Assembly (NCBI GenBank): GCA_024137785.1
Contig: JAHRHZ010000168.1
Span: 55,839-113,185, forward strand
DNA: 57,347 nt
Reading direction: 5' to 3'
Origin: Ginglymostoma cirratum
Taxonomy: Eukaryota
Every line of letters starts with the position of its first letter. The first letter of the stretch is position 1. Shown piece by piece: positions 45,566 to 57,347 of the stretch. The notes below the pieces were generated by a model. The model ran no database searches. It was not told the origin of the DNA and saw nothing but the letters and a program-made list of their open reading frames with translations. A program made the position numbers and the translations under genes.

Positions 45566-46729
45566 AGTCATTCAAGTAAATTTCTCACTTTGGCAATCTG
45601 AGTGGGATTTTAAACATTTATAAGTTTTTAACAGCTTGTAAAACAGAGCTGCAGGATTATTGATGAATTCTTCCAAGTGACGTCATGGGGTCATATCTTG
45701 GATCATTTTTGAAGTGTAGATGGGATATATGTAATGCCATCCTGTGGAATTTCTAGTATAACAGACGCTGAAGGAATTGCTGGCAAATTGAAATGTATGG
45801 AGCCTCCAAAACTAACTGGTTAAGAATTTGATGAGTGCAACTGGCAGTACAAAAATAGTTTTAAATAGAGGCTGATACTACTAAAATCCTACTTTAACAT
45901 CAGTGTAACCATTCAACAGGCCAGCAATGTACCTTGAAGTCCCTCCTAAATGCACAAATTCCTGACACCTTTGCACCCACACATTCAGTGAATCAACATA
46001 GCCTCCCTACCTCCCCCACACCCCAGATTCCAAAACACAGCCTCTAGACGTAACAACCCAAATCACGCTAACCAAACCCACATCCCCCCCCCTTACCTGG
46101 CACACCCCACTGCACTTCTTATCGCCATCGCCTTGTAATCAGACCCAATACATGCCACCCCCTAATTTTTATCCAAAGTCTCCCCTCACCCTAGACCCCT
46201 TGGGACTGAAATCCCCTTAGTCCCTAAGACCTGACACGACCCTTAGCCTCCCTCCCATAGACCTCTTGACTGGTACAATATCCGCAAACATCCACTTTGT
46301 CCACCACCAACGCTCAGTAGCAATATTTTTGTTCTTATCTGCAAGTGCTTCACTCATTGTATATGTTTTGGTGATTTCTAAATTGAGTTGGAGAATCATG
46401 TACAGAATGTAGGATGAAAATCTATTGGCTGACACATGGAAGATCATCACTATTAATGGTGCCATTGATTGTGATAGAGCAGAGAAGATGAAATTAAACA
46501 TAAACGTTACATTTGATTTTCTCCCTAATTCATTGGAATTGATATTGCAGGCAATGGTCAACTGCGGCTATACAATTATTGCACTCTGCAGACAATAAAG
46601 AGTTTATGTCGCTAGATTTCTACAACAGAGTTTTGAAATAATTAGTGTTTACACCAGAGCTGACAATATTAGGTGGGGTTAAATGATGCTATAGAATCAT
46701 CAGTATGTAAAAAGATGACCATGCTCAGG

Positions 46730-46890
46730 GATAGTAAGAACTGCAGGTGCTGGAGTCAGAGATAATACAGTGTGTAGCTGGAGGAAAACAGCAGGCCAAG
46801 CAGGGTCAGAGGAGCAGGAAAGTTGACGTTTCAGAAAGGTCCCAACCTGAAACTCAACTTTCCTGCTCCTCTAATGCTCCTGGGCCTGAC
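46730..46890. mobile_element. PLE terminal-repeat remnant folded into an inverted repeat
   Basis: Arms 46808-46834 and 46847-46872 are near-perfect reverse complements. Confidence 0.75.
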
Positions 46891-47363
46891 CATGTTCAGG
46901 AGTGTTCAAAACACTTGTGAAGATAAGGAGATTAGGTTGTTAATATAAGAAGTTCAAGGTTGTTCGTACAATGTTGTTTGAGAAGACCTTCTGTTATGAG
47001 GTGAGGTGAGGACAAATTGTTAGACGGAGACGTTGAGAAGCACCGTATTTTGTAGTAACCTCAGTTGCTGCTTGAATTGAATTAGCATCTCTCTGCATAA
47101 CAAGCCAGTTGCCAAGCCAACTGATCTAACCAATCCCCCTGGAATCAGGTTGCACACCCAACTGAATTAATGCCAGTTTAATTATCTTATCAGAAAAGTA
47201 TGCTCATACTTTTGAGGCTTTCCAAATTAACTTCAGGGCGAGTTATAATCTATCGACATGGAATTACCTCGGCTGTTGTAAACTGTGTTTATTTTTTGCA
47301 TTGTAACAAACCAAATGGAAAAGAAATGTTACAAATATTATATCTCTGTGAGATCTCGCTGTG

Positions 47364-47371
47364 TATAAAAA
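47364..47371 (+). promoter_or_regulatory. TATA box of the GPCR pseudogene
   Basis: TATAAAAA ~85 bp upstream of exon 1; the intact paralog has TATATA at a similar distance (~42078-42084, minus). Confidence 0.55.
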
Positions 47372-47450
47372 CTCTGAGAAATTAACATGTCAGAGTTTGC
47401 GTCATACAGATTGCTTTCAGCAGCGAAGGAGAGTTTTATTCACAGGGAAA

Positions 47451-50116
47451 ATATATCTTCTCAGGCAAATAATTGCAAAAATATACTACACGATCCTTGT
47501 AATGGTTGGTGTCCCTGGTAAGTGACTATTAGCATTGAAGTTGCATCGATTTGTTTTGGGGAAGTTTCTGGCTTTTGTGAGGGTGAATGTTACCCACTTT
47601 ATTACTGATCCTGGTTAAAACGAGACATGGTTCAGGAAAGTCAATGCATTACTTGTTGCTCTGGATGACATCTGCAACTTTCCTCACTTGCCTCAACTCA
47701 AAGTAAGACTCTGTAGGTGACAGGCTTGATTATTGATCAAAGTATTGGATGTTATTGAGACTATGGAAAGAAAAATAGAAAATAGAAGCAGAGGTTGCTC
47801 ATTTGGTCCTTTGAGATTGCTCGGTCTCTCAATGTGATCATGGTTAAACATTTAACTCAGATCCTGTTTCTACTTTCTTCCCCAATACGCTCTGATCCAT
47901 TTTGAACAATACCTATCTCCTTCTTGAAAACATTCACTGTCTTGGCTTCAAATGTTTTCTGTGGCAGAGATTGCCACAGGCTTACAACTCTACATGAAGA
48001 CGTTTCTCCTCATTTCAATCCTACTCCATACCATTAGACTGTGACCTCTGGTTCTGGACCATCAAGAACATCCGTCCTGCATTTATCTTGTTTCATCCTG
48101 TTAGAAATTTATGGGTTTATTTCAGACAATGGTCCTAATCAGCGTGGAAGCCAGTATCACTATTATAGACAATAGATTGAGTGCTGGGACATCTCCAAAC
48201 AAGACCCGAGATACTTGTCAGGCAATGGTGCACTATTACATAAATAGAACTGCGTCCATGAGGGTTTCCCATCCTGGGGCATTTTCAAGTCTGTTATTAC
48301 CCTAACCTGGATAACATTCTGAGTCCAGTCCAAAGTTTCTTATCTCAGGCAGCACTCAAGATTTTGCAACGGGATTGTGTTAGTGATTGCCCACTGACAT
48401 GAGCAGGGCTCTGACATCGAAGATGCGTGGGATGCAATATCTGTGCATGGTGTGGGGAGTTGTCCACATCTAGAAGTGTCTTGGTATATTGAGAGACCTC
48501 CTGTTTTGAGGTGGTGCTCCAAATTCCTTCGTGTGACTGAAAGATTTTTGAACCAGAGAAATGATCCCTGCTTTGATCTCTTCAAGCAAGTAGACAGAGT
48601 TATAAAACATCTCATATCCATTGGAATTTTCTGTGTTCAAGGGGTTTTCCACATCTGCCTTTGTCTGGACATCTCTGGATATTTGGAACACTACCTACTC
48701 AAAACCAACGCGTGGGTCTCCTATCCAGAGGTATCTTTCTGTCTAGATGCTGGTCTTATTTTCAGAAATATTCTAAATCAAGATGGTACATTTTGATCTA
48801 CAGAAGTGACCCTATTCTGCAAGAGGTCTGGTAGCTCTGGGAAATTCTCTGCCTCTCGGTGTGGAACTCCTTTCTTCAGAAGTGGTACAAGTCAAGGGTG
48901 ACAATCTCCTATTTGAGCAGTGAATGAGTCCCAGGCTCTCCTAATTTTATTGTACCTTCTTATCTATTTCTTGCCAGATGCTAGGTAACTGCTCCAGCTT
49001 TGGTAATTTGGTGAGTGAACATGGTGGAGGGAGACTGTGGTCATTGTTGAAATGCTTCAACTTCAGAATTGGTGCCAGTCCACTGGTTTTGAATGATATA
49101 TTGCATCCTTAACTGTCTAGGCACAAACACTTGAAATACTTGATGCCCAATTCTCAGATATTTCTCCTGTCTGTTTTTGAAGTTACTTTGGTATTGATTG
49201 TGATCCTGTCCCGGGGAACGTGTGGTCTCTCTAATTGCCCCTCTTACTATCTGGTGGCTATGGCAATGGCAGATCTTTCTGTCAATATTACTGAGGTAAT
49301 ACTAAGGCAATTCAATTGATATTATTTCCCAATGTGTTTCCTGGACATCACCCCTGCGTGCCGCATCCGCTATATCCTCATGTATGCAGCAAGAGACTGT
49401 TCTGTCTGGTATACTGTCATTTTTACCTTTGATAGATTTCTTGCCATTTGTTCTCTAAGGCTGAAAAGTACATATTGTACTGAAAAAACCGCAGCCACGC
49501 TTCTTGCAACAAGCTCTGTTCTGCTCTGTCTAAAAAAATCCCTTACTACTTTGTATATGAGCCTGGGAAAATCATTAATAACGTCTCCTGGTTCTGTAAT
49601 GTGAAATCAAGCAATTATACTGAGGCTGCATGGGTAATATTTGATTCATTTGTTGCAGTCTTAAGCCCATTGCTCCCATTAGCTTTAATTCTTTTGTTCG
49701 ATGTTTTGACTGTTCGACACATTTTGACAGCCAGTCGAGTCCGCAAGGCCCTAAAAGGTCAAAACATAGGAGGAAATCTAAGTGACCCAGAAATGTCCAG
49801 CAGAAGGAAGTCTGTGATTTTACTTTTCGCTGTATCAGGGAGCTTCATACTTTTGTGGCTGGTGTATGTTTTATACACCTTTGATATCTCAGACCGATTA
49901 GATCATGGTTCATTTTACACCTTCGGGCAAGTCGGATTCATGCTGTCCAATTTAAGTAGCTGTACAAATACATTTATTTACATGACAACTCAGTCCAAGT
50001 TCAGAGGTCATTTCAAGAGCATGATGAAATATCCGCTTGCAATGACCATTCAATTAATCAATATGTCTAGCAGGAGAGGGCAGACCAAACATACAGCAGC
50101 TAAAAGCAAGCTGTGA
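47451..50116 (+). pseudogene. GPR139-like GPCR pseudogene (exon 1 47451-47517, exon 2 49183-50116)
   Basis: 67-bp exon 1 ..KIYYTILVMVGVP|GTAAGT begins with ATA instead of ATG; in-frame TGA at 49317-49319; 1-nt frameshift in the A-run at ~49532-49538; DRF and NTFIY motifs; AATAAA at 50160. Confidence 0.92.
47770..48120 (-). mobile_element. Degraded CR1 3' fragment in the pseudogene intron
   Basis: (AGAAAAT)n tail and CR1 3' UTR similarity. Confidence 0.6.
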
Positions 50117-50186
50117 AACCAGCAGGATCAAAAGTAAATGAGTTTTATAGGCATCGAGAAATAAAAGGTCTGTCTCCTGAGCAGTG

Positions 50187-51565
50187 TGATGGCACTCTGC
50201 TTTAAGAGGTTTATTTTGTACTGTTCTTTTTTTGAAAGAAGATTACAAGACAGAGGTGCCGGGCTGTCTATTTGGATCTAATAGAGTTATCAGCTTGTGA
50301 GACCTTGGGTTTTTACTTAAGTTGGAACATAGAAGCAGCCTGAATGGGAGTGGCAAGCTCCTACAGAACCAGGATTTTTAGTTTTATACTCTCCATAGCA
50401 TTTGCTGTATCTTGAAGCTGGGGGGAAGCTGCAGTACAAATCTCCCTACTACTCTCTATCGCAAGAGTTTTCTCTTGATGTTTAGTCCTCCTGCTGTTGG
50501 CTTTGCATGTAAGACGATATTTCTTTTGAACTTGCCTTTTGTCAAATGTCTGCTTATGGGATATTATTTTTTGGAAGTTACTGTTTCGTAGTGAAATGGT
50601 CTATTATTCTGTTAAGTGTTCAGTAGAGATGAGTTATTCCTTTTTTCTTTTGCTGTATTTGAACAGTAGCGTATGAATAAAGTGTGTTTTGCTTAAAGTT
50701 GAGTAGTTTAACCAATTGAATTGCATTTGGAGCGCAACATCTTACACTTGCCTTTAAAATAAGAAAAGGTTAGGTTCTAGACTATCTTCTAAATATATTT
50801 TGAGAGGGCTTGGTCTGGTAACAAATTGAGGCTTCTTGTCAGGATCACAATCTTCAATTCCAGGTTGGGTTTAGGATTGTGGAACTCAAAGGCAGTGAGT
50901 GGTACATGTTTGTGATTCCTTTTTTTTTATTTTGGGTGTTCAATTCAGCTGGTTTAAACAAGGTGCACCTTGTGTAATCATGGCTCTTTCAGTCACTAAG
51001 AGTTTTCTGGTAGTGGAGGAGGTCACTTCGGAAGTTTTACAGAAAGTGAGCAAGGCAAAGCTTTCCAGATTGGCAAACGAGCTAGAGTTAGGGTTGCCTA
51101 TGTCTGTAGGGATAGGGGAAAAAATTGTAGCAATCACGCAGCATTTACAATTCCAGGAATGCCATCAGAATATTGGGAAATGGCTAAACTTTAATTGAAA
51201 ATAAAGCAGCTTGAACATGAAAAAGAAATGAAACAGTCTGAATTACAATTGAAAGCAGAGGGAAAGGAAAGAGAGGAAGACCCGAGCAGAAGTTAGGGAG
51301 AAACAGAGCGAAGAAAGGGAGAAAGAGAGTTTTTGAACTTCAGAGGTTAGAACTGAAAGCTCAACATTGATTTTAAATGACGGGGGTAGAGGTGAAAAGT
51401 AGGTGTAGTGATGTGGACAGTAATAGGAGCAATCCCATCGTACCTAGGCTTTGTGGGAATCTGTTTAAATGTGTCCAACCGTTGGACGAGATGGATGTAG
51501 AAGACTTTTCATTTCAATTTAGAAAGTGGCTAATTAAATGAAGTGACCGGTGACTGTATGATTTC
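50187..51565 (+). mobile_element. Gypsy element 3: 5' LTR (50187-50823), PBS-like site and truncated gag
   Basis: TGTGAT..GTAACA; gag MALSVTKSFLVVEEVT..LANELELGLP from 50980 is homologous to gag at 9110. Confidence 0.8.
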
Positions 51566-51954
51566 TTTCTCTGGTTCTCACTAGCCCTTAATGTCAGGTT
51601 CTCTCTTTTTCTCCCACTCTCTCTCTCTGCTTGTGTCTTTCTCACCCTATCTCTCTATTTCTCCCTCTTTCCCTAGTCAGAATGAAAGTGTTCTAACTCC
51701 TGTTTGGAGAAACCTAGATGAGCAATAATATCGCCAGGTGACCAGACCTAATGTGGGAGCACAGCACAATTTCCAAGCAAACTACTGCTTTAGTTTAACA
51801 TTGTTTACTGCAAGCCTTTCTCTCTGGAAGCCGTTTAAAGAAACAAGAGACCGTTTTCAAAATCTGAATCAAGTTTGACAGCAAATCTGAACACACCTTC
51901 GCACCAGCACTAAGACTTACAATTTTCACCCTCCAATGTCCCATTTCAAAAACT

Positions 51955-52205
51955 TTCCCTAACTCTGTAACCTCTTCCAATCCCTCAGCCCTACCTCATT
52001 AACCTCCTCCAGTCCCAGGCCCTCCCTATCTCCGTCACCTCATCCAGCCCCAGTCTCCGTCACCTCATCCGCAATCTGCTTGAGCCTCATCCCATCTCTG
52101 TCACCTCCTCCCGTCCCATACCACTCCCTATCTCTGCAATCTCCTCTAGCCCCTACCCTCCATCTCTTTCACCTCCTCCCCACCATACCCCTCCCTATCT
52201 CTGAG
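51955..52205. repeat. ~37-bp satellite in reverse orientation
   Basis: CCCTCCCTATCTCTGTAACCTCCTCCAGCCCC-like units, the reverse complement of the 20765 array. Confidence 0.8.
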
Positions 52206-52319
52206 ATTTGTCCCAGCAATATAGACCTTGCAATCTCCATCAGCACCACAGGCCTCGATAAACGGTACATTCCTTATGAGCTGTGGACGCCTCATGATGT
52301 TCAGATGGCACCTATGTAT

Positions 52320-52675
52320 TTTTTTTAAATTGATTCACGGACTTTGAGCACCTCTAGGAAAGCAAACATTTATTACCTATCCCTAATTGGCCAGAGGGCA
52401 GTTAAGACTCAACTACAGTATTATGAATTAGGAATCATACATAGTTTAGACCAGGTAAAGGCAGCAGATTTCCTTCTCCCAAGGACATTAGTGACCCAAA
52501 TGGTTTTTCTCTCCAAAATTGGCAACGGTTTCATAGTCATCATTAGACATTAATCTAACATATTGTTGAATCCAAATTCCACATCTGCCATGGTGCAATT
52601 TGAACCCACATCCCTGGAGCATTACCTGGGTTCCTGCGTTGATAGGCTGGCAATAATATCACTGGGCCATCGCCT
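52320..52675 (-). mobile_element. Deu-type SINE
   Basis: Reverse complement homologous to 27455-27800. Confidence 0.75.
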
Positions 52676-52676
52676 C

Positions 52677-55452
52677 TAGAACATAAGAACATAAGGACAT
52701 GGAGCAGGAGTAGGCCGTCTGGCCCTTCAAGGCTGCTCCGCCATTCAATAAGATCATGGCTGATCTTTTCGTGGACTCAGATCCACTTACCCGCGCTCTC
52801 ACCATATCCCTTAATCCCTTTATTGTTCTAAAAAATACCTACCTTAACATTAAAAACGTTTACTGAAGTAGCGTCAACTACTTCACTGAGCAAGGAATTC
52901 CATAGATTAACAACCCTCTGGGTGAAGCAGTTCTTTCCCAATTCAGTCCTAAATCTGCTCCCTCTAATCCTAAGTCTATGCCCTCTTGTCCTAGCTTCAC
53001 CTGCCAGTGGAAACATCCTCTCTACTTCTATCTTATCGATTCCCATCATAATTGTATATATTTCTACAAGATCCCCCCTCAATCTTCTGAATTCCAATGA
53101 ATATAATCCCAATCTACTCAGTCTCTCCTCATAAACCAACCCCCTCAACTCCGGAATCAACCTAGTGAACCTCCTCTGCACCCCCTCCAGTGCCAGTATA
53201 TCCTTTTTCAAGTAAGGTGACCAAAACTGCACACAGTACTCCAGGTGTGGCCTCACCAGCACCTTGTACAGCTGCAACATAACCTCTCTGCTTTTAAACT
53301 CAATCCCTTTAGCAATGAAGGGCAAAATTCTATTTGCCTTCCTAATTATTTGTTGCACCTGCAGACCAACCTTCTGTGATTCATGCACAAGGACACCCAG
53401 ATCCCTCTGCATAGCAGCATGCTACTTTTTACCATTCACGTAATAATCCTTTTTACTGTTACTCCTACCAAAATGTATGACTTCGCATTTATTTACATTG
53501 TATTCCATCTGCCAGACCTTTGCCCACTCACTCAATGTATCTATGTTCCTCTGCAAGGTTTCACAGTCCTCTGCACACTTTGCTCTGCCACTCATCTTAG
53601 TGTCATCTGCAAACTTTGACACCCTACACGTGGTCCCCAACTCCAAATCATCAATATAAATTGTAAATGATTGCGGTCCCAACACCGATCACTGAGGCAC
53701 ACCACTAGTCACTGATTGCCAGCCAGAATAGCACTCATTTATCCCCACTCTTTGCTTCCTATTAGTCAACCAATCCTCTAACCATGCTAATACTTTACCC
53801 CTAACGCCATGCATCCTTATCTTATGCAGCAGCCTCTTGTGTGGCAGCTTGTCGAAAGCCTTTTGGAAATCCAGGTACACCACATCCACTGGGTCCCCTT
53901 TGTCCACCTTGCTCGTAATGTCTTTATCGAATTCCAAAAGATTTGTCAAGCATGACCTGTCCTTCATGAACCCATGCTGCGTCTGCCCAACGGGACAATT
54001 TCTATTGAGGGGCCTTGCTATTTCTTCCTTGATAATAGACTCAAACATCTTCCCCACTACAGAGGTTAAGCTAACCAGTCTTTAATTCCTCATCTTTTGT
54101 CTACCTCCTTTTTTAAACAGTGGCGTCATATTTGCTGTTTTCCAGTCTGCTGGGACTGCCCCAGAGTCCAGCGAATTTGGAAAATTACTGCCAGTGCACC
54201 TGCTATTTCTCCCGCCATCTCTTTTAGTACCCTGGGATGCATTCCATCAGGACCAGGAGACTTATCAATCCTTAGCTCGATTAGCTTGCCCAACACTACC
54301 TCTTCCATAATAATGATTGTTTCCAGGTCCTCACCTACCTTCGTCTCTTTGTCAATTACTGGCATGTTATTAGTGTCCGCCACTGTGAAGACCAATACAA
54401 AATATCTGTTCAAAGCCTCGGCCACTTCATCATATCCCATAACTAAATTCCCCTTCTCATTCTCTAAAGGGCCAAAGTTTACTTTAGCCACTCTTTTTCC
54501 TTTTATATATTTATTGAAACTTTTGCTATCTGTCTTTATATTCTGTGCTAGTTTTTCTCATGTGCTATCTTACTTATCTTTATAGCTCTTTTTGTGGCTT
54601 TCTGCTGACCTTTAAAGTTTTCCCAATCTTCTAGTTTCATGCTGTTTTTGGCCACTTTGTATGCCTTCTCTTTCAATTTGATTGCCTCCCTTCTTTCCTT
54701 AGACACCCATGGCAGATTGCCCCTTTTCTTACGGTCCTCCCTTTTCACTGGAATGTACTTTTGCCGAGCACTTTGAAAAATTGCTTTGAAAGTCCTCCAC
54801 TACTCGTCAACTGTCCCACCATAAAATTTTTGTTTATAGTCTACTTTAGCCAAGTCCTCCCTCATTCTATTGTAGTCCCCCTTGTTCAAGCACAGGACCC
54901 TGGTATTGGATTTTATCTTCACACTCTCCATCTGTATTCTAAATTCAACCATACTGTGATGACTCCTTCCAAGAGGATCCCTAACTATGAGGTCATTAAT
55001 TGTTCCTGTCTCATTACACAGGACCAGATCTAGGATAGCTTGCTCCCTTGTCGATTCCATTACATACTGCTCAAGAACACTATCATGTATGCACTCAACG
55101 AACTCCTCCTCAAGGTTACCCTGACCGAGCTGGTTCGACCAATCTACATGTAGGTTAAAATCCCCCATGATAATTGCCGTACCATTTTTACAGGCATTAG
55201 TTATTTCTTTGTTTATTGCCTGACCCAATGTGATGTTATTATTTGGTGGCCTATAGACTATGCCTATCAGTGACTTTTTCCTCTTAGGATTTCTAATTTC
55301 CACCCAAATCGATTCAACCTCTTTCTCCATAGAACCGATATCATCTCTCAGCACCGCCCTGATGTCGTCCTTGAATATCAGAGCTACACCAACTCCCTCA
55401 CCTTCCTGTCTGTCCTTCCGAATAGTCTGGTACCCCTGGACATTTAACTCGC
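52677..55452 (-). mobile_element. 5'-truncated CR1 LINE ORF2 (endonuclease + RT), frameshifted
   Basis: IVYRPPN..IIMGDFN..LDLVL..SHH (APE), VYLDFQKAFDK, SGVPQ, SKFADDTK; (TATGTTCT)n tail at ~52678-52700. Confidence 0.93.
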
Positions 55453-55899
55453 AGTGTGGGATGTAGAATTTGATTGCTCACTGTGCTCTTCAGTCACTCT
55501 GTCTATGTCTTTGCTCATCTGTCTTACCCTCTGTCTCTGTCTCGCCCTTCTTTCTCTCGCACGCTCACTCTCTCACTTTCTCCCTCAGTTTTAGAATGTT
55601 TATCAGAGTGCATCACGTCATCCGAATAAAGATTCTGACTGTTGATATGTGAAAGATCTTGTGAAGTACCTTGTTATTTTAATGCAGTTTTACGTACAAG
55701 TAGTTATTACACTTTTCTCCTCTCTGCTACTATTGTCTATCACTTTCCGTTATTGTAACTCAGACACAACCATATCCAACTTACCTCTCTTTCTTCCTCT
55801 CTCACTCACCAGCTTCGGATCCAGGTACAAGCTTTTGATTGACTGTGCCTTGTGCTCGCCTTATGAGTGAGAAGGTCTAAACAACAGCAGTTGATATTA

Positions 55900-56500
55900 A
55901 CAAGCCTTGATGCAGAATAACGTGCAGGGATGGTGTAATTGCACTGGAAGGGGGTGCAAAGGAGATTCAGCAGAATGTTGCCTGGGATGGAGCAGTTTCA
56001 TACAATCGCACAGTATACAAGAGGCTGTTCGGCCCAACGAGTCTGCATCTTCAAAAATACATTAAGCTTTGCAGTGCTATGAAGAGATGTTGGATCGACC
56101 CGGGTTGTTTTCTATAGAGCAGAAAAGGCTGGGAAGGGACCTGATAGAGGTGTTTAAGATCACGAGAGGCATGGATAGGATAGATAGGAAGCAACTACAC
56201 CCATTAGTTGAAAAGGCAATAGTGAGCTGGCATAATTTAAAGATAGGAAGAATGGGAGGCGTTTTGGAGAGGATTTGAGAGTTTGGTATCATGCAGAGGA
56301 CGGGAGGGGTTCCGAAATGCACTGTCTGGAAGGGCAGTGGTGCGGGAAACCTCTGCCTTTTAACAAAAATGTACACGGATGATCACTTGATGGCATCCAA
56401 GGCTTTGGGCCGAAGTGGCAGAAAACGGGATTTAGTGTGGAGAGGTCAGTACTGACTGGAAGGGCCAAAGGGCTGTTTCTTTTCTGTATGACTCTGTAAA
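55900..56500 (+). mobile_element. Degraded CR1 3' fragment
   Basis: YEEMLDRPGLFSIEQKRLGRDLIEVFK. Confidence 0.7.
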
Positions 56501-56559
56501 ATCTGATCTGTGAAGCTTTCAGTCGGCAGTCTGATGAAAGAAGCAAAGGAAGATAATAT

Positions 56560-56810
56560 AGGTGGAGTGAGATAAGGGGAAATGAAAATGAGGGTTAAAT
56601 GACGATGAGAGCAACAGATGGTGAGGCAAACTGAAGATGAGGGGAATTGAAGATGGGGCAAACTAAAGATAAGGGGAGTTGATGATGAGGGGAAATGAAG
56701 ATAAGCGTTGACTGATGATGAGGGGAATTGAAGGTGAGGGGGAGTGAAGATGAAGGTTAACTGAAGATGAGGTGAACTGAAGAAGTGTGGAATTGAAGGT
56801 GAGGTGAGAG
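56560..56810. repeat. ~17-bp purine-rich minisatellite
   Basis: GATGAGGGGAATTGAA-like units. Confidence 0.75.
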
Positions 56811-57347
56811 GTTAAAATTTGATTCCCATCAATTGGTTTCAAGCAATTTCCTACATATCAGGAGAATAGGGTATCAAAAGGTGTCAGGGTGGGTTTCCTG
56901 GTGTTCGAGCTATTGGTAGACCAAGCAACACAATGCACTGGAAACGAGTTTAACATTGGGGTATAAACACCCCTGAATTCATAAGGACCAGATATTTAAA
57001 ATGGATCTCGAGCTAGGAAATGAATGACTGGAGGCAGGGAGGCTGCGAATTGATGTATTTCAAACCAGAGGAGGACATTTTAAATATATTTATTTGGGAA
57101 CCAGTATTGAGCAGAGACATGACTTGACTGGGTCATGGACTGAGTAGGGGCATATTCTACAGAGTTTTGAATCACTTCACTTGGTCGAACTTGTCAAGTG
57201 ACTACAGAAGGGGAAATGAGTGCTTCAGCAGTGAGGTTGGTGATCTGGTCGATGTGGGATAGGTGAACTCATTGATCATTTTCATTGGCAATCGAAGATC
57301 CACTCGAATTTCAGTCTGACCTCCAGTTATGGATAGACAGCTGCAAA

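Noticed and set aside
48120-48920. Short ORFs inside the pseudogene intron
   Set aside because: No recognisable domain; probably a decayed retroelement that I cannot assign.

Overview
Repeat-dense vertebrate DNA, almost certainly from a shark or other elasmobranch, judged by the sigma-cart Ig light chain, HE1/V-SINEs, Deu-type SINEs and shark-type CR1 LINEs. It has three N-gaps and three host genes. (1) An intact immunoglobulin light-chain minilocus of the cartilaginous-fish sigma-cart (type I/NS5) class: octamer+TATA promoter, leader exon 30400-30448, V already fused to J in the genome (30530-30877, no RSS, 6-aa CDR3) and C exon 31991-32319. (2) An intact two-exon GPR139/142-like orphan class A GPCR on the minus strand (41992-40877). 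(3) A head-to-head paralogous pseudogene on the plus strand (47451-50116). The rest is nested retroelements: three Gmr1-type Gypsy remnants (INT-before-RT order, SCAN-like gag), a full-length CR1 with TSD, many CR1 fragments and SINEs, and Penelope-like elements from at least three families whose terminal repeats carry minimal hammerhead ribozyme motifs. There are also purine-rich ~37-bp satellites, a ~41-bp CTCF-motif-like minisatellite, an interstitial telomeric insertion and two local duplications. All family assignments are by eye from motifs; no database searches were run.
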